Of a DNA stretch of 24,000 nt, positions 9,258 through 17,874 are shown in pieces (position 1 is the stretch's first letter; every line of letters starts with the position of its first letter). The stretch is from positions 18,541-42,540 of the forward strand of contig NZ_JASFYM010000004.1 in NCBI RefSeq assembly GCF_030055635.1. Reading direction: 5' to 3'. A program made the position numbers and the translations under genes. The DNA is from Methanothrix sp. GTDB lineage: Archaea > Halobacteriota > Methanosarcinia > Methanotrichales > Methanotrichaceae. Below the pieces are notes generated by a model. The model saw only the letters and a program-made list of their open reading frames with translations, searched no databases and was not told the DNA's origin.

Positions 9258-10454
9258 CTGAAGGCTGTCATACTTGCTGCCGGAGAGGGGCACAGGTGCA
9301 GGCCCCTGACCCAGACCAGGCCCAAGGTCATGCTTCCCCTGGCGAACATGCCGTTCATGGAGCATGTCGTCAGAGCCCTTGTGGATAATGGTATAGAGGA
9401 GATCGTGGCGGTCGTCGGCTATCAGAAGGAGCGGGTGATGGATTACTTCGAGGATGGTGTGAAGTTCGGCGCCCGCATAACATATGTCTTCCAGGAGGAG
9501 CGTCTTGGTACAGCACACGCACTACGCAGGGCGCAGAAGCAGATCGATGATCAGTTTCTGGTCCTGAACGGCGACAACATACTGGACAGCAGAGCTGTAA
9601 GGGATCTCTTAAGCGCGGATGGCGATTACGTCATCCTCGGCGCGCTCAGGGAGCATGCTGGGGATTACGGAGTTCTTGTCGTTGATGGAGATGTGGTAAA
9701 GCAGATCCACGAGAAGCCGGGGAGGGCATGTGCGGGCATCGTGAACACAGGCGCGTACAAGATGATGCCCGATATCTTCGATGAGATACCGAAGACGCCA
9801 ATATCCGAGAGGGGGGGCTATGAGATCACCCAGACGCTGAGCCAGATGCTGGAGAGGGGTGTGAAGATCAGAGCAGTCGTCACAAAGGGGATCTGGGGAG
9901 ATGCGGTCTTCGCATGGGATCTGCTCGCCGCAAACAGCATTGCAGCTGGCTTGATGAAGGCCGGGATTCGTGGGGAGATAGAGGATGGTGCGGTCATCAG
10001 AGGGCCGGTCGCGCTCGGAAAGGGCAGCCTGATCAGATCCGGATCCTACATAATCGGTCCCGTGCTCATAGGCGAGGGATGCGACATAGGCCCAAATGTA
10101 ACGATTCTACCATCGACGACAATTGGTGATTCAGTCCGTGTTGGATCGTTCACGGAGATCAGGAACAGCATCGTTATGAGAGGGTCAAGGATAGGATCGA
10201 TGTCTGTCATATCAGACTCTGTCATCGGAGAGGACTGCTGCCTCGGCGATATGTGTTTGGTGGAATCGGGCAGCTCACTGGCAGAGGTCGAGGGAGAGTT
10301 CTACAGAGCTGAGTTTGGCGCTGTGATGGGCGATTCTGTGGTTGCAGGGAGCAGGATTATGATGTTGCCATGCAGCGTTGTGGGATCCTCTGCCAGACTC
10401 GGGTCTGGTGTCACGATCCGGGGCAGTGTGGAGCGGGGGAGCCGGGTGGTTTAG
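9258..10454 (+). CDS. glmU: Bifunctional sugar-1-phosphate nucleotidylyltransferase / acetyltransferase (archaeal GlmU-like, NTP-transferase plus left-handed beta-helix)
   Basis: The nucleotidyltransferase core runs from LVLNGDNILD onward. C-terminal hexapeptide repeats include IRGPVALGKGSLIRSGSYIIGPVLIGEGCDIGPNVTI. The stop TAG 10452-10454 directly abuts the glmS ATG. The conserved N-terminal loop KAVILAAGEGHRCRPLTQTRPK is encoded at 9261-9329, upstream of the first canonical start (ATG 9330). The 5' end given here is therefore the in-frame CTG and is uncertain. Confidence 0.7.
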   Translation: MKAVILAAGEGHRCRPLTQTRPKVMLPLANMPFMEHVVRALVDNGIEEIVAVVGYQKERVMDYFEDGVKFGARITYVFQEERLGTAHALRRAQKQIDDQFLVLNGDNILDSRAVRDLLSADGDYVILGALREHAGDYGVLVVDGDVVKQIHEKPGRACAGIVNTGAYKMMPDIFDEIPKTPISERGGYEITQTLSQMLERGVKIRAVVTKGIWGDAVFAWDLLAANSIAAGLMKAGIRGEIEDGAVIRGPVALGKGSLIRSGSYIIGPVLIGEGCDIGPNVTILPSTTIGDSVRVGSFTEIRNSIVMRGSRIGSMSVISDSVIGEDCCLGDMCLVESGSSLAEVEGEFYRAEFGAVMGDSVVAGSRIMMLPCSVVGSSARLGSGVTIRGSVERGSRVV

Positions 10455-12272
10455 ATGTGCGGGATAGTTGCATACATAGGCACCGAGAAGGCTGGCCCCA
10501 TACTCTTCGATACGCTCAAGAGGCTCGAGTACAGGGGCTACGACTCCGCGGGGATAGCTGTCTCATCGAATGGCAGCATGGAGGTTCTGAAGGCCGCGGG
10601 AAGGATCTCAGATCTCGAGATAACCTACAGATCCATGGGGGAGCCCGGGGGCTCGATGGGTATAGGACACACCAGATGGGCAACACACGGGCGACCCAGC
10701 GATGAGAACGCGCACCCTCACACCTCTGGGGATATTGCGGTTGTTCACAATGGGATAATAGAGAATTACCTTGAACTCAGGGAGCAGCTCAGGGATAGGG
10801 GATACGTATTCACATCGGAGACGGACAGCGAGGTTCTGGCGCATCTGATCAACTACTACTACAGCGGGGAGACTAGTGGGGAGCTTGCAGCATCCGTCTC
10901 AAGGGCTCTGAAGGATGTCAGAGGATCCTACGCGATAGTCGTCATGGCATCAGGTACGCCGTACCTTGTATGCGCAAGAAAGGACAGCCCTCTGGTGATA
11001 GGAATAGGCAGATCCTCCAACTACATAGCCTCTGATGTTCCCGCCCTGCTGCCGTACACACGCGAGGTGATAAGGCTCAGGGATGGTGAGATCGCGGTAG
11101 TTCACAGGGATAAGATCGAGATACAGGACCTCTCCGGGGCTGTGCGTGAGCCTGCGCTGGAGCGCATCACATGGGATGCGGATGCTGCGGAGCGCGGCGG
11201 CTACCCGCACTTCATGCTCAAGGAGATCCACGAGCAGCCGAGGGCGGTTCAGGAGACTCTTGCAGGAAGGATCTCCGAGATGGAGGGCGATGTCAGGCTG
11301 GACCTCGGGCTCAACCAGTGGGAGATGCAGACCCTGCAGAGGGTATCGATACTTGCATGCGGCACATCATATCATGCAGGCCTTCTGGCACGCTACTTCT
11401 TCCCGCGCATAGCCGGACTGCCCGTTGATGTTGAGGTCGCGTCCGAGTTCCAGCACATGCAGCTCCGCCCGGGAACTCTCCTGGTGGCGATATCGCAGTC
11501 CGGAGAGACCGCAGACACGCTCATGGCGCTCAAGAAGGCGAAGACATGTGGCGTCAAGAGCATTGCTATAACCAACGTCGTCGGAAGCTCGATAACAGAG
11601 ATCGTCGATGCCACGATATACACGAGATGCGGTCCTGAGATCGGGGTCGCGGCCACGAAGACTTTTGTCGGGCAGCTCGTGGCGCTGGTTCTTCTCGGGA
11701 TAAGGCTTGGCAGGGCGAGAAACCATCTGCTTCCGGAGCAGGGGAGGAGGCTGCTGGGAGAGCTATCACGCCTGCCAGGGCTCATACAGACAGTTCTCGA
11801 GAAGAGGGATCAGATAAGGGAGATTGCCCGGAGGTTCTCAGGTGCGGACATATACTTCTTCATAGGCAGGGATATTCTATACCCCATAGCTCTCGAGGGC
11901 GCTCTTAAGATGAAGGAGATCGCATACATACCGGCGGAGGGGTACCCTGCGGGCGAGCTGAAGCACGGACCTCTCGCACTGATCGCTGATGGCACCCCTG
12001 TTGTGGCGTTCGCGACCTGCGGGGATAAGATATACTCCAACATGAAGGAGGTCCGGGCTCGCGGCGGGGAGGTGATAGCCTTCGCCAGAGAGGGTGACAG
12101 GGAGGCAGCTGAGATCACCGACACGGTCGTAGAACTCCCCAGCACACTGCCGGTCTTCTCCGCGGTCCTCTGCACCGTGGGGGTCCAGCTCCTCGCCTAC
12201 TACACCGCACAGATCCTGGGAAGGGAGATCGACAAGCCCAGAAACCTGGCGAAGAGCGTTACGGTGGAGTGA
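10455..12272 (+). CDS. glmS: Glutamine--fructose-6-phosphate aminotransferase (isomerising)
   Basis: MCGIVAYIG Ntn start, GHTRWATHG, SQSGETADT SIS motif, and a C-terminal KPRNLAKSVTVE. 605 aa, full length. Confidence 0.95.
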   Translation: MCGIVAYIGTEKAGPILFDTLKRLEYRGYDSAGIAVSSNGSMEVLKAAGRISDLEITYRSMGEPGGSMGIGHTRWATHGRPSDENAHPHTSGDIAVVHNGIIENYLELREQLRDRGYVFTSETDSEVLAHLINYYYSGETSGELAASVSRALKDVRGSYAIVVMASGTPYLVCARKDSPLVIGIGRSSNYIASDVPALLPYTREVIRLRDGEIAVVHRDKIEIQDLSGAVREPALERITWDADAAERGGYPHFMLKEIHEQPRAVQETLAGRISEMEGDVRLDLGLNQWEMQTLQRVSILACGTSYHAGLLARYFFPRIAGLPVDVEVASEFQHMQLRPGTLLVAISQSGETADTLMALKKAKTCGVKSIAITNVVGSSITEIVDATIYTRCGPEIGVAATKTFVGQLVALVLLGIRLGRARNHLLPEQGRRLLGELSRLPGLIQTVLEKRDQIREIARRFSGADIYFFIGRDILYPIALEGALKMKEIAYIPAEGYPAGELKHGPLALIADGTPVVAFATCGDKIYSNMKEVRARGGEVIAFAREGDREAAEITDTVVELPSTLPVFSAVLCTVGVQLLAYYTAQILGREIDKPRNLAKSVTVE

Positions 12273-12562
12273 AAGCAAGCGGTTCAAGTTTCAGCAAAGC
12301 CCATTGCCTCCCAGCATCGGCCCACAACGCATTTCCATGAAAAGAGGATGCGTAGAACCACAGGTCATACGGCTTTGGCACGCTTTTCATCGCGTGCTGC
12401 GTCGTTAATGTACCGCAAAAACATGCTTACTTATTCGCGCCCGCAACTGAACCTTTGAATCTTTTTTTACATGCCCCCCTGCGCGGGACTCATGATCTGC
12501 ATGCTCATAGCAGTTCAAGGCCAATTTGTATGAGGTTCGGCCACTTGTTATTACCATAATAC

Positions 12563-12570
12563 TTAAATAT
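12563..12570 (+). promoter_or_regulatory. Candidate TATA box for the TroA-like binding-protein gene
   Basis: TTAAATAT lies about 32-39 nt upstream of ATG 12602, at the end of a 320-nt non-coding stretch. Confidence 0.35.
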
Positions 12571-12601
12571 AGAACTTAGTAACTAACATTTTGTGATTGG
12601 T

Positions 12602-13399
12602 ATGAAGAAAGCGATATTGCTTCTGATTTTAGCGCTAATCGCTGTTCACTCAGCATCTGCTGAGCCGATCAAGATAGTGGCCACGACTTCCACATTGGAG
12701 GATCTCATAAAGGGCGTGGGAGGGGATTATGTTGAGGTCACCTACATAGTATCCTCAGGAGTATGCCCCGACCACTGGGATCTGAAGCCATCACAGGTTG
12801 CCGCTCTGAACGAGGCGAGCATAATATTCCAGCACGGGATGGAGGGATGGCTGAAGAACGTCACGCGGCCTGATCAGAAGGTGGTAGTCCTCTCCGGTCC
12901 CTGGAACACGCCTCAGATGGCGATAAACAAGACCCTGCAGATCGCGGCTGCTCTCAAGGAAGCCGATCCGGAGCATGCAGAGGAGTACGATAGGAGAGCG
13001 GCGATGCTGGTCGAGCGCTTCCGGAATGTCTCCGAGGTTCTGAGCAAGCAGGCTAGGGAGGCTGACACAAAGAATGTGAAGGTCCTCTGCATGGAATGGC
13101 AATCTGGATTCGTCTCGTGGATGGGATTTGATGTGGTGAAGACATACGCCTCTGAGGAGAAGCTCTCGCTGAAGGATGTTAACGATTTGATCGAAGTGGG
13201 CAGGGAGAATAACGTCTCAATAGTTGTGGACAACCTCCAGAGCGGTGTGAGGGTTGGCGAGCAGATAGCCAGCGAGATAAACGCAACGCATGTGGTACTC
13301 ACGAACTTCCCCGGAGCGATCGAGGGAACAGAGACGCTCGATAAGATGATGCTACATAATGGAGAGGCGCTGCTTGCAGCAGTCCCCAAAGCCGCTTGA
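12602..13399 (+). CDS. Secreted TroA/ZnuA-like (cluster 9) metal-binding solute-binding protein
   Basis: Signal peptide MKKAILLLILALIAVHSASA. IKIVATTS...GVCPDHWDLKPSQVAALNEASIIFQHGMEGWL matches the family layout (usually DPHxYxxxP...ADLxxxNG..E.W). ATG 12602 is preferred over GTG 12593. The product is shorter than typical family members. Confidence 0.65.
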   Translation: MKKAILLLILALIAVHSASAEPIKIVATTSTLEDLIKGVGGDYVEVTYIVSSGVCPDHWDLKPSQVAALNEASIIFQHGMEGWLKNVTRPDQKVVVLSGPWNTPQMAINKTLQIAAALKEADPEHAEEYDRRAAMLVERFRNVSEVLSKQAREADTKNVKVLCMEWQSGFVSWMGFDVVKTYASEEKLSLKDVNDLIEVGRENNVSIVVDNLQSGVRVGEQIASEINATHVVLTNFPGAIEGTETLDKMMLHNGEALLAAVPKAA

Positions 13400-13558
13400 T
13401 GGCCCCTCTGCGGAGGAATTTTCTCCTGAGGCTCATGTAGTCGAATCGTCGGAGTGGCGAGCTATAATAGCTCCTCAGGTACAATACACCATCTCTCTGC
13501 TGGGTTACCGATCCGCCAAATCACCAGGATGAGCCTCTCCAGATTTTTATTCAAGGCT

Positions 13559-13770
13559 GATCGAAGCGGTAGTCTACCTACGACGTGTGGATAAACGCGA
13601 AAGCAATAGCGTTAGGCGATTCATGGTCATCAATCACGCTGCAGGGTATCGGACGAGTATTAACATGTCCCAGGATGTTGATTTCCATGCAGACTTTGTT
13701 CAAAATAAACACATCTGAGTGGGCCGGCCCATCAAGATCCACTCACAGAAGGTAGACTACCGATCGAAGC
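13559..13770. repeat. Pair of composite sites, GATCGAAGC plus the palindrome GGTAG-N-CTACC, in a convergent intergenic region
   Basis: The left site at 13559-13579 reads GATCGAAGCGGTAGTCTACCT. The right site at 13750-13770 reads AGGTAGACTACCGATCGAAGC. The 13-nt cores (13567-13579 and 13750-13762) are exact reverse complements. Confidence 0.5.
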
Positions 13771-13853
13771 TCTGCGCCAAAAACCATTCAGATCGGCTTC
13801 TTCCCGCTCTCCGAGCGTGGCCAAAATCAGGAGAGCTTCCGCACAACAGCCCT

Positions 13854-15065
13854 TCAGAGCAGGCTTCTCCTGTCAGCGAGCCCCAGAATATTGAGCAGCC
13901 CGAGCAGGTTCTCCCTGGATATCGATCCGTCGGAGACCTTCTTCAGCACATCCTTCGCATTGAATGCCACTCCAAGTCCCGCATTCTGTATCATGATGCA
14001 GTCATTCGCCCCGTCCCCGACAGCGACGATACTGTCAGGGCTTATTCCCTCGATCTCAGCGAGCCGCTTGACTATCTCCCCCTTCGCCTCTGCATCGATT
14101 ATCTCGCCCTTGATCTCCCCAGTCAGACGGCCGTCCTGTATCTCCAGCTCATTGGCGAATGTGTAGTCGAAACCCAGCCGCTCCTTCAGGACATCTGTGA
14201 AGTATGTGAACCCTCCGCTTATGAGCGCTATCTTGTACCCCATCTGCTTCAGGTGGTGTATGAGCTCCTCCGAGCCGGGAGTCAGGGAGAGCTGATCCGC
14301 GATCTCCTTCAGCGCAGAGACCGGCATGCCCTTCAGAAGCCTCACGCGGCGTCTGAGCGATTCCTCGAAATCGATCTCGCCGTTCATGGCCTTGTCTGTT
14401 ATCTGCCTGACCTCCTCATCGACGCCAGCGAAGCTTGCAAGCCTGTTTATTATCTCGAAGTCCACAATCGTCATATCCATGTCGAAGACGATCAGGCGCT
14501 TCTCCTTTCTGGCCTTATCCAGCCTCTGGACCACGACATCGAGGCCCAGACGCTCGCACTCTGATCTGATCCACTCCCTGCACTCGTCCGGATCGGATTC
14601 ACCGAAGTCCATCACGAACTCTATGGATATCAGATCGCCGCGCGCTGTCACCGCAGCCCTCTCGATGTTGATGTCCCTGGCGGACGCGACAGATGCGACA
14701 TCTCTTATAATTCCAACCCTGTCCCGTGCTATTATAGTGACCACATAGAGGTTCTTCCTGCTCCTCCTTATTCCACGGTACCTCTCCAGCGGCAGGAACA
14801 TGCACTGGATCCCAAGTGACTCAGAGCGTCTCTGCATCTCCCCCTCAAGCTCCTCTGGTGTGATCGCTGCCCTGCTGAAATCCGCGACCACAGACATGAT
14901 GAACAGACCCTGGAGCACCCTCTGATCCATGTCCACTATGTTCACATTCCGCTCTGCGGGGAGCTGGAGTATATCGCGTATGAGGCCGGGCCGGTCCCTC
15001 CCCACGAATGATATCACCCACAGGTCTTTAAAATGATCTTCAGGATTGGCGCACATAACCAGCAT
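13854..15065 (-). CDS. serB: Phosphoserine phosphatase with N-terminal tandem ACT domains
   Basis: HAD motif I is LIVFDMDMTIVD, motif II is ALISGGFTYF and motif IV is GDGANDCIMIQNAGLGVAFNAK. Two ACT-like repeats are present: VISFVGRDRPGLIRDI and VVTIIARDRVGIIRDV. Confidence 0.85.
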   Translation of the reverse strand: MLVMCANPEDHFKDLWVISFVGRDRPGLIRDILQLPAERNVNIVDMDQRVLQGLFIMSVVADFSRAAITPEELEGEMQRRSESLGIQCMFLPLERYRGIRRSRKNLYVVTIIARDRVGIIRDVASVASARDINIERAAVTARGDLISIEFVMDFGESDPDECREWIRSECERLGLDVVVQRLDKARKEKRLIVFDMDMTIVDFEIINRLASFAGVDEEVRQITDKAMNGEIDFEESLRRRVRLLKGMPVSALKEIADQLSLTPGSEELIHHLKQMGYKIALISGGFTYFTDVLKERLGFDYTFANELEIQDGRLTGEIKGEIIDAEAKGEIVKRLAEIEGISPDSIVAVGDGANDCIMIQNAGLGVAFNAKDVLKKVSDGSISRENLLGLLNILGLADRRSLL

Positions 15066-15302
15066 GCTCCTTCGTCCATCTCAGTGAATCTGCCGTATGA
15101 GTTCTGACAGTGATGTGCAAAGCGCGGATGCAGCTCATTGAGGGCAGCCTGCTGTTTCTCGATCCCATGCGCTCCCGGGAGCCACCTCCGCAGAGCGGGC
15201 GTTCAGAGGGGATCTCCGGGCCTGAGATCTGATCCGGCCTGTGCTCATGCGTGCGCAAAAGAAATCTGGAGACGGATGACATTGGGCGTGATGGATGCAT
15301 TT

Positions 15303-16151
15303 CTAGTATTTAGATTTGAAGCTGTGACCTCCTCTCAGGCCCGAAGACGGAGCTTCCTGCTGCTCTCCATCAGTGGTCTGATACCTCCGGGATGCATCGA
15401 CCTCTGTGGTAGCAGAAGCTCTCCACAATGCCTCTCCGAGGTCTCTGTACATTCGGGCGAGAGCGGATCCTGCTGTTATTGCTATGGGCTCGCGCTCTCC
15501 GGATACGACCACGAGCACATCTCCCCTGTCTGGTATCATCGCGCAGATCCCCCTCTCCCTCCACGGGTGGATTCTCCGCTCTGCGCCCGGGATGTTCCAC
15601 GAAGGTATATCTTCGGGAGATACAGCCCTGATCGATACGCTTCGTTCATGTATATTTTTTATGATTTCATTCACATGCCGGAATATGTTGTACAGATCTC
15701 CCAGACTCTCGAGCAGGGCTGGGTTGATTATGAGGATATCCCTCTCAGCTCTGGATAGCACCTCCACAACCTTCTCGCACACCCTGCCGGCTCCCTGATG
15801 CACCCATATCCCCATCTCCTCCTCGCGCCCGGAGCCATCAGCTGAGTACACCTCCTCCAGCGCGTGCAGCGCAGCCTCTGCATCGGTCATGAAGCTGCTC
15901 TTAAGGCGCTCGAGCGCTGCAGCAGGATCCGCGACCCTGTACCTCATGGGCTTCGAGGGCTGGACCTCCACTATGCCCCTCATCACGAGCCTCTTCAGAG
16001 CGCCATAAACCGCAGGCCTGGGTATTCCGGAGATCTGGTGGATCTCAGAGGCTATCCCCGCCTTGAGTCGGGTCAGTGCTGTGTAAACCCTGGCCTCGTA
16101 CTCCGTGAGCCCGAGGTCGCGCAGAGCTTTGATCGCATTCTTCTCCGACAT
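15303..16151 (-). CDS. TrmB-family transcriptional regulator (winged HTH plus C-terminal TrmB domain)
   Basis: The N-terminus LRDLGLTEYEARVYTALTRLKAGIASEIHQISGIPRPAVYGALKRLVMRGIVEV is the TrmB HTH signature. 282 aa. Confidence 0.85.
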   Translation of the reverse strand: MSEKNAIKALRDLGLTEYEARVYTALTRLKAGIASEIHQISGIPRPAVYGALKRLVMRGIVEVQPSKPMRYRVADPAAALERLKSSFMTDAEAALHALEEVYSADGSGREEEMGIWVHQGAGRVCEKVVEVLSRAERDILIINPALLESLGDLYNIFRHVNEIIKNIHERSVSIRAVSPEDIPSWNIPGAERRIHPWRERGICAMIPDRGDVLVVVSGEREPIAITAGSALARMYRDLGEALWRASATTEVDASRRYQTTDGEQQEAPSSGLRGGHSFKSKY

Positions 16152-16204
16152 CCTGGCTATATCTTTGATAGAAGGTTTTATATGTCTTTCTGTAAAGTAA
16201 CAGT
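16152..16204. promoter_or_regulatory. 53-bp divergent promoter region between TrmB and the radical SAM gene, with one shared AT-rich TATA-like element
   Basis: TTTTATAT at 16176-16183 is the only strong AT-rich element. It ends about 22 nt before ATG 16205 (+) and, read as ATATAAAA, starts about 25 nt before the minus-strand ATG at 16151. Both genes would then be leaderless or nearly so. Confidence 0.4.
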
Positions 16205-17728
16205 ATGGTCGTTATGGCATTAAATACAATAGACAGAGATGTGGCTTCCGTCTGTCCGGTGTGTCTCAGGACTGTAAGTGCGCACATATTCCAGCGGGAT
16301 CAGGCGGTCATGATCCGGAAGTCCTGTCCGGAGCATGGAGAGTTCGAGGATGTCTATTGGTCCGATGCCGAGCTTTACAGAAGGTTTATGAGATATGTTG
16401 AGACTGGCAGAGGCATAGAGAACTTCATCACAAAGGGAGACTGCCCGCTCAGCTGCGGTCTCTGTGATAACCATAAAACCTCAACGCTTCTCGCGAACAT
16501 AGATGTTACGACGAGATGCAACCTCGCATGCCCGATATGCTTTGCAGATGCATCTCCAAAGAGGGTCTACGAGCCCACAATGGAGCAGATCGAGCGCATG
16601 CTGAGGATCCTGCGGGAGGAGCGACCTGTACCATGCTACGCTGTGCAGTTCTCGGGCGGAGAGCCCACTGTACGTGAGGATCTCCCTGAGATAATGGCCC
16701 TCGCCAGGAGCATGGGCTTCACGCAGATCCAGATCGCCACAAATGGCCTGAGGCTTGCGTCATCCCCAGGTCTTGCGAGAGAGCTCAGCGAGGCTGGACT
16801 GAGCACGGTCTATCTCCAGTTCGATGGGGTGGATGAAGGGCCGTATATCAAAATGAGGGGCAGGGACCTCCTCGGCGTGAAGCTCCGCGCGATAGAGTCC
16901 TGCAGGAGAGGTGGGCTGAATAGCGTGGTTCTGGTACCGACTGTCGCGAAGGGAGTTAATGACGTTCAGCTGGGAGAGATCATAAGATTCGCGAGCCGTA
17001 ATGTGGATGTCGTCCGCGGGGTCAACATGCAGCCCATATCATTTGCGGGAAGGGTCGAGGAGGCGGAGCGAAAATCGAACAGGATCACCATACCTGACCT
17101 GATACTCTCCATCGAGGAGCAGACTGATGGGGAGATCTCCAGGGATGATTTCTATCCGGTCCCCTTCGTCGCCCCGGTCTCAAGGATCGTGGAGGTGCTG
17201 ACCGAGAGGCCCAGACTTGTCTTCACAGTCCATCCATGCTGCGGTGCTGCCACCTACGTCTACTGTGAGGGAGACAGGCTGATACCCATAACGAGGTTTG
17301 TGGATGTGGAGGGCCTGATGGAGAGGCTCAGGGATATCCTGCAGGACTACAACGGATCGAGGATATCAAGGCTGAAGATTCAGGGGTCACTTCTGAAGGA
17401 CCTCCCAGGGTTTATAGATGAGAGCAGAGCCCCGAAGGATCTGCACATCACAAAGCTCCTGATGAATGTGCTCAGAACAGGCACCTTCGATTCGCTGAGG
17501 GAGTTCCACTCAAGGAATCTGTTCATAGGCATCATGCACTTCCAGGATCTGTACAACCTGGATCTAGAAAGGGTCAGCAGATGCGGTATACATTACGCCA
17601 CCCCGGATGGCAGGATCATACCGTTCTGCACGTACAACACGATCCACAGGAGCGAGGTGGAGAATCGGTACTCCATCGCTGAGGCATGCGCACCGCCACA
17701 GCGTCTGGGTGTGTCTCCGGTCACATAG
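16205..17728 (+). CDS. Radical SAM enzyme with N-terminal Cys/His ribbon and auxiliary cluster motifs; Tes / GDGT-MAS (tetraether lipid synthase)-like architecture
   Basis: CPVC...CPEHG ribbon at aa 17-44. A first CX3CX2C, CPLSCGLC, lies at nt 16442-16465. The radical SAM CX3CX2C, CNLACPIC, lies at nt 16517-16540. QFSGGEPT SAM-binding motif. C-terminal Cys-rich HPCCGAATY and CGIHYATPDGRIIPFCTYN. The radical SAM call is strong; the Tes-family call is from memory of that family's layout. Confidence 0.8.
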   Translation: MVVMALNTIDRDVASVCPVCLRTVSAHIFQRDQAVMIRKSCPEHGEFEDVYWSDAELYRRFMRYVETGRGIENFITKGDCPLSCGLCDNHKTSTLLANIDVTTRCNLACPICFADASPKRVYEPTMEQIERMLRILREERPVPCYAVQFSGGEPTVREDLPEIMALARSMGFTQIQIATNGLRLASSPGLARELSEAGLSTVYLQFDGVDEGPYIKMRGRDLLGVKLRAIESCRRGGLNSVVLVPTVAKGVNDVQLGEIIRFASRNVDVVRGVNMQPISFAGRVEEAERKSNRITIPDLILSIEEQTDGEISRDDFYPVPFVAPVSRIVEVLTERPRLVFTVHPCCGAATYVYCEGDRLIPITRFVDVEGLMERLRDILQDYNGSRISRLKIQGSLLKDLPGFIDESRAPKDLHITKLLMNVLRTGTFDSLREFHSRNLFIGIMHFQDLYNLDLERVSRCGIHYATPDGRIIPFCTYNTIHRSEVENRYSIAEACAPPQRLGVSPVT

Positions 17729-17874
17729 CTGCTCCCCCGTTTAAATCCGGCCTGCAGATAGGCACAGCGACTTCACGGGTGCCTGCCGGTTCCTGGCGCA
17801 GCTGCCGGCCGCACATCCTGCAGATTCGCCCCGCGCACGCCGGTGAAAACAATCTCCCAAAGGAGGATGGCAGC

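Noticed and set aside
12337-12390. 8-nt inverted repeat ATGAAAAG / CTTTTCAT in the spacer after glmS.
   Set aside because: An 8-mer inverted match within about 320 nt is roughly what chance predicts. The 38-nt loop is large and there are no supporting extra base pairs.
15040-15300. 86-aa minus-strand ORF filling the unusually GC-rich spacer between TrmB and serB.
   Set aside because: The product is Arg/Ser/Pro-rich with no motif, and it overlaps the serB start. The GC-rich spacer remains unexplained, but I cannot support a gene call.
13719-15758. ORFs 13719..14564 (+), 14326..14748 (+), 15138..15758 (+) and 15406..15798 (+), antisense to serB and TrmB.
   Set aside because: The sequences are low in complexity and have no recognisable domains. 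The opposite strand encodes complete SerB and TrmB proteins with all signature motifs.
17686-17874. Upstream extension of the HprK-like ORF, from the track start ATG 17686.
   Set aside because: It overlaps the 3' end of the radical SAM gene and encodes an Ala/Arg/Pro/Gly-rich peptide. The internal ATG 17875 has a well-spaced GGAGG, and the domain content begins there.
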